A stretch of 64,000 bases of DNA from Candidatus Nealsonbacteria bacterium. Lineage in GTDB: Bacteria; Patescibacteriota; Minisyncoccia; Minisyncoccales; JANBVM01. Below, piece by piece: positions 31,752 to 41,425 of the stretch. The stretch covers positions 194,000 through 257,999 of the forward strand of contig CP061210.1 of NCBI GenBank assembly GCA_026016225.1. Reading direction: 5' to 3'. The notes beneath the pieces were generated by a model. It did no database searches and was not told where the DNA came from. It saw only the letters and a program-made list of their open reading frames with translations. Made by a program: the position numbers and the translations under genes. Numbering within the stretch: the stretch's first letter is position 1; each line of letters begins with the position of its first letter.

Positions 31752-33419
31752 ATGAATAAGACTTTTACTTTTTTAATTATTTTAACAGTTATTGTCGGGA
31801 TAGCTGGTTTTTATTGGAACTGGAGGGAAAATATTTACTCAAAAGAAATTTTGAGATTGGAGATTTTAGGACCTTCTGAGATTACCCTTGGTCAGGAAGT
31901 GGAGTACATTGTTAAATATAAAAACAATGGCAACTTTCGTTTGGATAATCCGGTGCTTGTGTTTGAACCGCCTGAACATTCTTTAAAAGATGAAGAAATT
32001 TTTACAAGACAGATTTTGGATTCAGAAAAATTAGGAGGGGCAATTTACCCCGGAGAAGAAAGAAGTTTTCCTTTTAAGATGAGATTATTAGGAAAAGAAG
32101 GAGAGGTAAAAATAGCCAGAGCTTTTTTAACTTATAAACTAAAAGATTTGAAAGCTCAATATGAATCGTCTTCAAGCTTTACTACACAAATAAAATCAGT
32201 ACATTTAACTTTTGATTTTGATTTACCTTCAAGGGTTGGGGCTGATAAAGAATTTACTTTCAGACTTAATTACTTTTCTAATATAGATTACCCTTTAACC
32301 GATTTAAGATGTCAGATAGATTACCCTTTTGGTTTTGAGTTTAATAAATCTAACCCAAAATCTATTGAAAAAACAGAGTGGGAAATACCAGTTTTAAATA
32401 AATCAAAAGGAGGAAGGATTGAAATTACCGGTAAAATTTCAGGAGAGATTGGAACAGCTAAGATTTTTAAAGCCAGATTAGGGATGTGGAAAAAGGGCGA
32501 ATTTATTTTATTAAAAGAGGTAACAAAGGGAGTAGAAATTATAGAGCCCTCTCTTTATCTCAGGCAGGAAATTAACAGCAACCCTCAATATGTGGCTTTG
32601 CCTGGCGATTGGTTGCATTACGAAATCTATTTTAAAAACATAGGTAATGATGATTTAAATAATCTATTTATGGTTAGTAAGCTTGATGGGGAAGCTTTTG
32701 ACTTTCAAACCATAAAGTCAGATTACGGCAACTATCAAACAGGTGATAATTCTATAGTTTTTGATTGGAGAAGGGTTCCAAAACTACAATATTTAGCCCC
32801 CTTGGAAGAAGGAAGGGTTGATTTTTGGATAAAACTAAAAGATGATTTAGGAAGTATTAAAAATCCAATTCTAAAAAATAAAATCTTTATTGGTCAAGTA
32901 AAAGAAGAATTTGTTACCAAGATAAGCTCAAAGATAGAATTAGTTCAAAAAGGATATTTTCAAGACGAGGTTTTTGGCAATTCTGGCCCCCTTCCGCCAG
33001 AAGTTGGAAAAACTACTACCTATACCATAATGTGGCAGGTTAAGAATTATTATTCTGATGTTAAGAATGTAAAAGTAAAAGCTGTTTTGCCCGAGGGCGT
33101 AGAATTAACCGGAGAGATTTTTCCCGAAGAAGAACTTTCAAGATTTACCTTTGATTCTCAATCAAGAGAAATTGTTTGGTCAGTAGGAGATTTAGAAAGG
33201 GGTATTGGTGTCACAAAACAGGGATTGACTTTAGCTTTTCAGATTGCTTTTACCCCAAGCGAATCTCAGCGCTTTCAAATTCCAGAGATTATTAACCAGG
33301 CTAATATAATGGGCGAAGATAGCTGGACAGAAATGACTATACAATCTTCAGCATCTGGTATTAACACTTTTTTGCCGGATGACCCAACCGTAACAGATGA
33401 GATGGGACTTGTTAAATAA
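31752..33419 (+). CDS. membrane-anchored surface protein with repeated DUF11/CARDB-like beta-sandwich modules
   Basis: 555 aa. N-terminal TM helix. Recurrent pattern P..I..G..V.Y...YKN.GN..L.N (for example EITLGQEVEYIVKYKNNGNFRLDN and GDWLHYEIYFKNIGNDDLNN). Confidence 0.45.
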   Translation: MNKTFTFLIILTVIVGIAGFYWNWRENIYSKEILRLEILGPSEITLGQEVEYIVKYKNNGNFRLDNPVLVFEPPEHSLKDEEIFTRQILDSEKLGGAIYPGEERSFPFKMRLLGKEGEVKIARAFLTYKLKDLKAQYESSSSFTTQIKSVHLTFDFDLPSRVGADKEFTFRLNYFSNIDYPLTDLRCQIDYPFGFEFNKSNPKSIEKTEWEIPVLNKSKGGRIEITGKISGEIGTAKIFKARLGMWKKGEFILLKEVTKGVEIIEPSLYLRQEINSNPQYVALPGDWLHYEIYFKNIGNDDLNNLFMVSKLDGEAFDFQTIKSDYGNYQTGDNSIVFDWRRVPKLQYLAPLEEGRVDFWIKLKDDLGSIKNPILKNKIFIGQVKEEFVTKISSKIELVQKGYFQDEVFGNSGPLPPEVGKTTTYTIMWQVKNYYSDVKNVKVKAVLPEGVELTGEIFPEEELSRFTFDSQSREIVWSVGDLERGIGVTKQGLTLAFQIAFTPSESQRFQIPEIINQANIMGEDSWTEMTIQSSASGINTFLPDDPTVTDEMGLVK

Positions 33420-33424
33420 TTAAG

Positions 33425-34789
33425 ATGAAAGATTTTACTTCAAAAATTATATCTTTAGCTAAAAGGCGGGGATTTATTTTTCAGTCCTCGGAAATTTATG
33501 GTGGCTTTGCTTCAAGCTATGATTTTGGACCCCTGGGCGTTTTAATGAAAAATAATATTAAAAGGGTTTGGTGGGATGAGATGATTAAAAATCATGAAAA
33601 TATTGTTGGTCTAGATACAGCAATTTTAATGAATCCCAAAGTTTGGCAGGCTTCAGGTCATTTAACTGCTGGTTTTGCTGATTCATTACTAGAATGTAAA
33701 TCTTGTCATAAAAGGTTTAAAGAAGAAGAAATAAAAGAAAATCGTTGCCCAGAATGTGGAGGAGAATTAACTAATCCTAAAAAATTTAATTTAATGATGA
33801 AAACTTTTGTTGGTTCTGTAGAAGAGGAAGCTTCCACTACTTATTTGAGAGCAGAGACCTGCCAGGGGATTTATATGAATTTTGAAAACGTCTTAAAATC
33901 AATGAGGATGAAAATACCCTTTGGTATTGTCCAAATTGGGAAATCTTTCCGTAATGAAATCAATCCCAAAAATTTTATTTTTAGAACCCGGGAGTTTGAA
34001 CAAATGGAAATGCAATGGTTTTGTCACCCTAAAGAAGCTAATAAATGGTTTGAATTTTGGAAAAAGGAACGCATAGATTGGTATTCTAATTTAGGAATTA
34101 AAAAAGAAAGTTTGAGAGCTAAAGAAATTCCAGCTAAAGAAAGGGCTCATTACGCAAAAAGACAAGTGGACATTGAATATCGTTTTCCTTTTGGTTGGGG
34201 GGAAATTGAGGGAGTTCATAATCGGGGGGATTGGGACCTTTCCAATCATTCAAAATATAGCGGAAAAGACTTAAGGTATTTTGATGAAGAAACCAAGGAG
34301 AAATATTTTCCCCATATCATTGAAACCTCAATTGGGGTAGAAAGATATCTTTTTGCTTTTTTATGCAATGCTTATCAAGAAATAAAAGGAGGGAGAACAA
34401 AAACCACAAAAGCTACAAAAGAAGTTGAGATTTTACTGAAACTAAACAAAAAAATTGCTCCAATTAAAGTGGCGGTTTTGCCTTTAGTAAGAAATAAACC
34501 AGATTTAGTCAAGAAGGCAAAGCAAATTTACAAATTACTGAAAAATCATTTTGTTTGTCAGTATGATGAAACAGGTTCAATTGGGAGGAGATATCGGAGG
34601 ACAGACGAGATTGGAGTCGTTCTATCAGCAACGGTGGATTTCCAAACCTTAGGCGATAACACCGTAACTTTAAGAGATAGAGATACTATGATGCAAATAA
34701 GAGTTAAAACATCAGAATTAAAAGAGGTTATTAAAAAGATACTTTCAGGTGAAGAATTCTTAAAATTAGGAAAAATTATTAAAGGATAA
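33425..34789 (+). CDS. glyQS: glycyl-tRNA synthetase (dimeric GlyQS type)
   Basis: RRGFIFQSSEIYGGFASSYDFGPLG, class II motifs (FRNEINP..., GVERY) and a C-terminal anticodon-binding domain. Confidence 0.9.
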   Translation: MKDFTSKIISLAKRRGFIFQSSEIYGGFASSYDFGPLGVLMKNNIKRVWWDEMIKNHENIVGLDTAILMNPKVWQASGHLTAGFADSLLECKSCHKRFKEEEIKENRCPECGGELTNPKKFNLMMKTFVGSVEEEASTTYLRAETCQGIYMNFENVLKSMRMKIPFGIVQIGKSFRNEINPKNFIFRTREFEQMEMQWFCHPKEANKWFEFWKKERIDWYSNLGIKKESLRAKEIPAKERAHYAKRQVDIEYRFPFGWGEIEGVHNRGDWDLSNHSKYSGKDLRYFDEETKEKYFPHIIETSIGVERYLFAFLCNAYQEIKGGRTKTTKATKEVEILLKLNKKIAPIKVAVLPLVRNKPDLVKKAKQIYKLLKNHFVCQYDETGSIGRRYRRTDEIGVVLSATVDFQTLGDNTVTLRDRDTMMQIRVKTSELKEVIKKILSGEEFLKLGKIIKG

Positions 34790-36054
34790 TGTATAAAAAA
34801 ACTATCTTTAAAAACGGACTAAGATTAATAACCATTCCTCAGAAAAACACTCAAGCTGTAACGATTTTGATATTAGTCGGGACCGGTTCAAAATATGAGA
34901 CAAAAGAGCTCAATGGGATTTCTCATTTTTTAGAACATATGTACTTTAAAGGAACAAAAAAAAGACCTTCATCTATAGAGGTTAGCGAGACCTTAGATAG
35001 AATAGGCGGAATTTATAATGCTTTTACTTCAGAAGAATATACGGGATATTTTGCCAAGGTAGCCTTTACTCATCTTGAAATTGCTTTAGACTGGGCTTCT
35101 GATATTTTTTTAAACTCTACTTTACCTGAAAAAGAGATAGAAAAAGAAAAAGGAGTAATTATTGAGGAGATTAATATGAGGTATGACCATCCTATGTCTT
35201 ATATTCAGATTTTATGGCAAAAGCTTTTATACGGGGACCAACCAGCTGGTTGGGATATTGCAGGAACAAAAGAAAGCGTAAATAATATTAACAGAAAAAA
35301 GCTAATTGATTATATGAAAAGACAATATGTAGCTTCAAATACAATTGTTTGTGTGGCAGGTAGAATAAACGCTTCTTTAGTAGTTAAAAAGATAAAGAAA
35401 TATTTTTCTAAAATAAAAAAATTTCAATCTTTAAAAAAATCTCCTGTAATTGAAAAACAATCGGAGCCTAATTTGCTTCTACATACAAAGGAAACCGACC
35501 AAGCTCATTTATATTTAGGAACAAGAGCATATAATCTTTTTCATCCCCAAAAATATAGCCAGAAATTATTAGCAGTAATTTTAGGAGGAATGATGAGCTC
35601 GAGATTATTCGTAAAAATAAGAGAGGAAATGGGAGCTGCTTATTATATCAGTACAGAATCTGTTTCATATCCTGATAGTGGATATTTTACTACCGGGGCT
35701 GGAGTGGATAATAAAAAAATAGAAAAGGTGATTTTAGCCATATTGAAAGAATATAAAAACATTTCTCGAAAAAAAGTTCCTCAAAAAGAATTAAAAAAAG
35801 CTAAAGATTGTATAAAAGGAAAAACAGCTCTTTTGTTAGAGTCTTCTAATGTTCAAGCTTCTTTTTATGCTAACCAGGAGCTTTTGGAAAAAAAGATTTT
35901 AACCCCGGAGCAAATATTTAAAAAAATTGACAAAGTTACCACAACAGATATTTTAAAAGTAGCGAAAGATATTTTTCAACCCCAAAAGTTAAATTTGGCT
36001 ATAATTGGGCCATTTAAGAATAAAAAAAGGTTCAGGAAATTGTTAAAAATTTAA
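34789..36054 (+). CDS. M16-family (pitrilysin/insulinase-like) zinc peptidase
   Basis: Inverted zinc motif HFLEHMYFKGT. About 420 aa with a two-domain layout. Confidence 0.8.
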   Translation: MYKKTIFKNGLRLITIPQKNTQAVTILILVGTGSKYETKELNGISHFLEHMYFKGTKKRPSSIEVSETLDRIGGIYNAFTSEEYTGYFAKVAFTHLEIALDWASDIFLNSTLPEKEIEKEKGVIIEEINMRYDHPMSYIQILWQKLLYGDQPAGWDIAGTKESVNNINRKKLIDYMKRQYVASNTIVCVAGRINASLVVKKIKKYFSKIKKFQSLKKSPVIEKQSEPNLLLHTKETDQAHLYLGTRAYNLFHPQKYSQKLLAVILGGMMSSRLFVKIREEMGAAYYISTESVSYPDSGYFTTGAGVDNKKIEKVILAILKEYKNISRKKVPQKELKKAKDCIKGKTALLLESSNVQASFYANQELLEKKILTPEQIFKKIDKVTTTDILKVAKDIFQPQKLNLAIIGPFKNKKRFRKLLKI

Positions 36055-36064
36055 TTTTCAAACT

Positions 36065-37093
36065 ATGGATGAAGAAAGAGTTTTAGATATATCTTGGGGA
36101 ACATTCCTTAAAATTGCTATTGTTTTTCTCGGTTTTTATATTCTTTACTCAATAAAAGATATTTTACTCTGGATTTTATTTGGCTTTATTATCTCAATTT
36201 TATTCAACCCGGCAATTAATTTTTTACAAAGAAGAAGAGTCCCTCGTACAATAGCTACAATTTTTGTTTATGTTACTGTTTTTGCAATTTTAACCGCTAT
36301 TTTCTATTGGACCATTCCGATATTTATTTTTGAAATCCAACAATTCACCCAGCTCTTTCCTCAATATTTTGAGAAATTAGCTCCACCTTTAAGAGGTTTA
36401 AATATTGAGGAATTTGAAAGCTTTGAGACCTTTACCCAAGCACTTCAAGATTGGTTGATTAGAGCTTCTTCCAGTATCTTTGGAGCTGTTATTTCTATTT
36501 TTGGAGGAATTTTTTCTACCGTAACAATCTTTGCTATAGCCATCTTTTTTTCAATAGAAGAGAAAGAGGTAAAACGGGTAATGGAACTTTTAGCTCCTAA
36601 AAGAAACGAAGCTTTCTTTTTAGATTTATGGGAAAGGTGTCAAACTAAAACAGCTTCCTGGTTTGGAGCCAGAGCTTTAAGCAGTCTTTTTGTGGGTTTG
36701 ATTACTTATATTACTCTCAGAATTTTTGGTATAGAGTATGCTTTTGTTTTAGGTTTGTTTGCTGGTATTATGGATATTATTCCGGTTTTAGGACCTATTT
36801 TTTCAGGATTGATAATTATTATTTTAGTCGCCTTAAATTATCCGCCAAAAGCATTTCTTATTTTAATTGCTCTTGTTTTAATTCAGCAGATAGAAGGAAA
36901 TGTTATAACTCCTGTGTTGACAAAAAAAATGGTAGGGTTGCCGGCAATTTTGGTTTTAATAGCTTTATTGATTGGGGGTAAATTATGGGGATTTTTAGGA
37001 GCAATTTTGACTATCCCCTTAACAGGAGTAATTTACGAATTTTTAAGAGACTTTTTAAAGAAAAGGAAAGAGGAGCAGGCAACGATGCTTTAA
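36065..37093 (+). CDS. AI-2E family transporter (PerM / UPF0118)
   Basis: 342 aa, about 8 TM segments. Conserved C-terminal blocks IIPVLGP ... IQQIEGNVITP. Confidence 0.7.
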   Translation: MDEERVLDISWGTFLKIAIVFLGFYILYSIKDILLWILFGFIISILFNPAINFLQRRRVPRTIATIFVYVTVFAILTAIFYWTIPIFIFEIQQFTQLFPQYFEKLAPPLRGLNIEEFESFETFTQALQDWLIRASSSIFGAVISIFGGIFSTVTIFAIAIFFSIEEKEVKRVMELLAPKRNEAFFLDLWERCQTKTASWFGARALSSLFVGLITYITLRIFGIEYAFVLGLFAGIMDIIPVLGPIFSGLIIIILVALNYPPKAFLILIALVLIQQIEGNVITPVLTKKMVGLPAILVLIALLIGGKLWGFLGAILTIPLTGVIYEFLRDFLKKRKEEQATML

Positions 37094-37096
37094 AAT

Positions 37097-38581
37097 ATGG
37101 CAAAAAAGAAATTTTATATTACAACCAGTATAGCTTATACTAATGCTCCTCCACATATAGGTTTTGCTTTGGAAGTTATTCAGGCTGATGTTTTAGCACG
37201 TTATCACCGGTTTTTAGGTGAGGATGTTTTTTTTCTGACGGGAACTGATGAACATGGTACAAAAATTGCAAAGGCAGCTTGTGAAGCAGGAAAGAAACCA
37301 AGAGAATTTGTTGATGATATTTCAAAAAAATTTCAGAACCTAAAAACAGTTTTAAATTTATCCAATGATGATTTTATTCGAACCACTGATGAAAAGCGAC
37401 ATCGACCGGCAGTAGAAAAAGTTTGGCGAAAGTTAAAAGAAAATAACGATATTTATAAAAAGAAATATCGAGGATTGTATTGTGTGGGTTGTGAGTCTTT
37501 TATTTCCAAAAAAGATTTGGTAGACGGAAAATGTCCCTATCATCAAAAGAAACCCGAAGTAATTAAAGAAGAAAATTACTTTTTTAAACTTTCAAAATAT
37601 TCAAAAAAGATTGGAAAGATTATAGAAAGAGATGAGATAAAGATTATTTCCAAAGCAAGAAAAAATGAAATTTTAAGCTTAATTAAACAGGGAATAGAAG
37701 ATATAAGTTGCTCCAGATTAAAAGAAAGATTACTATGGGGAATACCGGTCCCCGATGATAATACCCAGACAATTTATGTCTGGGTAGAGGCTTTAATTAA
37801 TTATATTTCGGCTTTAGGATATGCCAAAGAAGGTAATAAATTTAAAAAATTTTGGCCGGCTGATATTCACTGTATAGGAAAAGATATAATCAAATTTCAT
37901 TCTCTATTATGGCCAGCCATATTAATTTCCCTTGATTTAGAATTACCGAAAACAATATTTATTCATGGTTTTATTACGGTTGGTGGCCAGAAAATGTCAA
38001 AAAGTTTAGGAACTTTTATTGATCCCTTTGAACTTGTCAAACAATATGGAGCAGATGCTATTAGGTATTTCCTTTTAAGAGAGATTCTTCCCACCGAAGA
38101 CGGTGATTTTACTTATGAGAAACTGGAAGATAGGTATAATGCAGATTTGGCAAAAGGAATTGGGAATTTGGTGTCCAGAGTACTTACTTTGGCAGAGAAA
38201 TCTGGATTTAAATTAGAAAGTCTAAAGATTAAGCAAATTCAAGATAGTGAATTCCAAACAGAAATAGATAAAACCTGGCAAAAACATAATAAAGCTTTGA
38301 ATGAATTTAAATTTAATACAGCCTTAATTTCCATTTGGGAACTGATTGCTTTTTGTGACCAATACATTGAAAAAGAGAAACTCTGGGAGAAGAAAGGACA
38401 AAAAGAAGATATCTTATATTTACTGTATACCCTGGAAAATATTGCCCGGATGCTGAAACCTTTTATACCAGAGACATCAGAAAAAATATTATGTCAACTT
38501 GGAATAAAATCTAATGACAAAGAATATGTTTTTAATGTAGAAAAAAAAGAACCCCTTTTTCCAAAATTAAATTCTAAATAA
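37097..38581 (+). CDS. metG: methionyl-tRNA synthetase
   Basis: TSIAYTNAPPHIGFA (HIGH-type), zinc knuckles CVGCESF / CPYH, and KMSKSLGT. Confidence 0.9.
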   Translation: MAKKKFYITTSIAYTNAPPHIGFALEVIQADVLARYHRFLGEDVFFLTGTDEHGTKIAKAACEAGKKPREFVDDISKKFQNLKTVLNLSNDDFIRTTDEKRHRPAVEKVWRKLKENNDIYKKKYRGLYCVGCESFISKKDLVDGKCPYHQKKPEVIKEENYFFKLSKYSKKIGKIIERDEIKIISKARKNEILSLIKQGIEDISCSRLKERLLWGIPVPDDNTQTIYVWVEALINYISALGYAKEGNKFKKFWPADIHCIGKDIIKFHSLLWPAILISLDLELPKTIFIHGFITVGGQKMSKSLGTFIDPFELVKQYGADAIRYFLLREILPTEDGDFTYEKLEDRYNADLAKGIGNLVSRVLTLAEKSGFKLESLKIKQIQDSEFQTEIDKTWQKHNKALNEFKFNTALISIWELIAFCDQYIEKEKLWEKKGQKEDILYLLYTLENIARMLKPFIPETSEKILCQLGIKSNDKEYVFNVEKKEPLFPKLNSK

Positions 38582-38728
38582 CTTTTTTTAAAAAAAAATG
38601 GTAAAGGATTAATATATTAAAGTAGTTTTATACTGTTCTTGACTTTTTAAAAGGATGTGATACTGTAAAAATATTATTAAATATAGTAGATTAAAAAAAA
38701 CAAAAAATGGAATGAAGTGATATAGAAA

Positions 38729-39307
38729 ATGAGAATATTGACAGGAAGGTTTCATCTCACGTTTTATAAACCCGAAAGATTTGTTAATGCATTAGGGATT
38801 TGTTACTTAGGTGATAAAGTGAAGAGGTGTCGGGCATTTATTCCCGACGAGGATAGTTTGTATGTCATCCAGCCCTCAAAATCTACCGAGAGACTCAATA
38901 TTTTGGTTCTAGAAAATATCGATGAAGTAGATAAAAAGGTTAGAGAAGACATAAAAGCGATCCTAAGGCAGGAGAAGATAGAAATAATATGGTGTGCTTA
39001 TATCAGGCGACCACCGCAAGCAAAGGGATTTATAGTGGGATTTCGTAAACCCGGAAGATTTGTTAATGCACTGACAATATTATATCTCGGTGAGAAAACG
39101 AAGAGATGTCGAGTAATTACTCCTGATGGAGGCGATTTGCTGATTATACAGCCGAAGCCATCAACCCCAGAACTTAATACACTGATCTTAGAAGATTTTG
39201 ATAAAATAGGAGAAGAAGAAAAAGAAAAAATAGAAACGGCGATTAAAGGGCTTGAAATAATAGAATGCGCTTATGTCGGGGGAGCAGAGAAAACTAGTAA
39301 TTACTAA
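38729..39307 (+). CDS. orphan protein made of two tandem ~93-aa repeats
   Basis: 192 aa. The halves align (F.KPERFVNAL.I.YLG.K.KRCR...PD...L.IQP..ST..LN.L.LE..D...IE..CAY.). A 24-nt near-identical stretch occurs at 38768-38791 and 39047-39070. GC is higher than the flanks. Confidence 0.55.
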   Translation: MRILTGRFHLTFYKPERFVNALGICYLGDKVKRCRAFIPDEDSLYVIQPSKSTERLNILVLENIDEVDKKVREDIKAILRQEKIEIIWCAYIRRPPQAKGFIVGFRKPGRFVNALTILYLGEKTKRCRVITPDGGDLLIIQPKPSTPELNTLILEDFDKIGEEEKEKIETAIKGLEIIECAYVGGAEKTSNY

Positions 39308-39331
39308 TCTCAAGGGAAAAAGATGTTCAAA

Positions 39332-39370
39332 CCTCAACTCTATCTTTTATAGATGTTGAGGCTTTTTTTT
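39332..39370 (+). terminator. terminator after the orphan repeat protein
   Basis: CCTCAAC ... GTTGAGG hairpin followed by CTTTTTTTT. Confidence 0.65.
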
Positions 39371-39399
39371 ATCTTTTTAAAAAGATAGAATGAAATATT

Positions 39400-40236
39400 A
39401 TGTTAATTGATACCCACGCCCATTTGAATTTTAAAGCTTTTGAAAAAGACAGAAAAAAAGTAATCAAACGATGTTTAAAAAATGATGTTTGGGTGATAAA
39501 TGTCGGAACTAATTTTGAAACTTCAAAAAAAGCAGTAGAAATTGCCAAAAGTTCTGAAAAAGGAATTTTTGCTGCAATTGGTCTTCATCCTATAAACTTA
39601 GATACAGGATTGGTAAAGAGAAAGATTGATAAATTAGAGGGAGAAAGCTTTGAAAAAGAGTTTGATTACGAAAGCTACAAACGGTTAGCTGGTTTTGAAA
39701 AAGTGATAGCTATTGGTGAAGTTGGCTTAGATTATTATTGGAAACCAAAAACTACCAGAAAAAAAGAATTGTTTAAGCAAAAACAAAAAGAGCTTCTTTT
39801 AAAAGAATTGAGTCTGGCAAAAGAATTAAATCTACCTGTAATCTTTCACTGCCGGATGGCTCATCAGGATTTGATTGAATTTTTATTAGAAAATCCAATG
39901 GTAAGGCCTAAAAAAGCTGTAGCTCACAGCTTTGTTGGAGGTTTAAATGAGCTTGAAAACTTTTTGAATTTCGGCTTTTATATTGGATTTACTGGGATAA
40001 TCTTCAAAAAGATAGAGGGAATAAATTTTGAAAAAAATATTAAAAATACTCCTTTAGATAAGCTCTTGATTGAGACAGATTGTCCTTATTTGGTACCGGC
40101 TGGGCTGGAAGCTGAACGTAACGAACCAATTTTTGTAAAATATATTGCAAAAGCTATAGCTGATATAAAAAAAGTGAGTCTTGATAGGCTCGCTGAAATT
40201 ACAACAGAAAACGCAAGAAAACTTTTTAATATATAA
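39400..40236 (+). CDS. tatD: TatD-family metal-dependent hydrolase/DNase
   Basis: MLIDTHAHLNF, GEVGLDYY, IFHCR and ETDCPYL motifs. Confidence 0.85.
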   Translation: MLIDTHAHLNFKAFEKDRKKVIKRCLKNDVWVINVGTNFETSKKAVEIAKSSEKGIFAAIGLHPINLDTGLVKRKIDKLEGESFEKEFDYESYKRLAGFEKVIAIGEVGLDYYWKPKTTRKKELFKQKQKELLLKELSLAKELNLPVIFHCRMAHQDLIEFLLENPMVRPKKAVAHSFVGGLNELENFLNFGFYIGFTGIIFKKIEGINFEKNIKNTPLDKLLIETDCPYLVPAGLEAERNEPIFVKYIAKAIADIKKVSLDRLAEITTENARKLFNI

Positions 40237-41334
40237 TTACTTAAAACACTTCCAGTAGTCTTTTAGATAATTTTTAATCTCTTTTACTGTTTCTTTTATT
40301 TCTCTTGACTTAAAATCTTTAGGAAAGATTGGTTTTTGAGGTTCTTTCAATTTCATTTTTAAATCTAAAAGGCCTGAAATTAAAGAAAGCCAGGCAGAAG
40401 GCAGAATCTTTTGATTATAACCTGAGGCAATAAGGTCAATTTCTTTTCCTCCACAAATTTTTGCAGCCAACATTCTTACTTTTTCCCCGATTATTCTAAA
40501 TCCATCTAAGGTTAAACCTAAATTAGTCAAGCCGTCAGCAAAATAAGGGTCAGAACCACCATTCCTGATAATTATTTCTGGTTTAAATTCTTCAGCTATT
40601 GGAAAGATAATTTTTTCAAATACATATTGATAAGATTTATCACTAGCTCCCGGAGAAAGAGGAATATTAATTGTAAAACCTTGTCCTTTTCCTGTGCCAA
40701 TTTCATTTATAAAGCCTGTCCCAGGATATAAAGTCGCTGGGTTTTGATGAATGTCAATAAATAAGACCTGATTTTCGTCATAAAAAGCTTCAGATGTTCC
40801 ATTTCCTGCATGGGCATCTGTGTCTAAAATCAAAATTCTTTTCAAACCTTTTTTGAGTAGTGTTTTAGCACAAATGGCAACATCATTATATATGCAAAAA
40901 CCTTCTCCTTTTTCTCTTTTTGCATGATGAAGCCCGCCACCCAAAGAAATTGCCTTTTTGAATTTACCTTTAAAAACCAACTCAGCAGCTTTTAAAGAAG
41001 TACCTACAGCCATTCTTGCAGCTTTGTCAATTCCTTTTGGTAGATAACCTGTTGAAGGGTCAAAATTATCTGTCGTAGTATATCTTAATATATCAGGTAA
41101 AATAATTCCTTCAGATGCCCTTGATATTACATCAATATATTTTTGGCTATGAATTAATTTTAAATCTTTTGCTGAAGCAAGTTCAGGAATAATTTGTTCA
41201 AAAATATCTTTGAAATTTGGTAATTTCTCTTTTGCAAAATTAATAAAGTTTTCAAACCTTTCACTTGTAAAAGGATGCCCTTTTCCAAAACTATAATTTT
41301 TAATCTCTGGATTATAAACCAAAGCAGTTTTCAT
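40237..41334 (-). CDS. histone deacetylase-family amidohydrolase (AcuC / acetylpolyamine amidohydrolase-like)
   Basis: GGLHHAKREKGEGFCIYNDVA, LDTDAHAGNGT and GGSDPYFADGL are classical HDAC-fold metal/catalytic blocks. Confidence 0.8.
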   Translation of the reverse strand: MKTALVYNPEIKNYSFGKGHPFTSERFENFINFAKEKLPNFKDIFEQIIPELASAKDLKLIHSQKYIDVISRASEGIILPDILRYTTTDNFDPSTGYLPKGIDKAARMAVGTSLKAAELVFKGKFKKAISLGGGLHHAKREKGEGFCIYNDVAICAKTLLKKGLKRILILDTDAHAGNGTSEAFYDENQVLFIDIHQNPATLYPGTGFINEIGTGKGQGFTINIPLSPGASDKSYQYVFEKIIFPIAEEFKPEIIIRNGGSDPYFADGLTNLGLTLDGFRIIGEKVRMLAAKICGGKEIDLIASGYNQKILPSAWLSLISGLLDLKMKLKEPQKPIFPKDFKSREIKETVKEIKNYLKDYWKCFK

Positions 41335-41425
41335 AGGTTAATTATGGCGCACACAGTGAGATATATCAAACATAGCTCAATATAACAGGTTTACAAATCA
41401 AAATTTAAAAGATAATATTAAAAAT

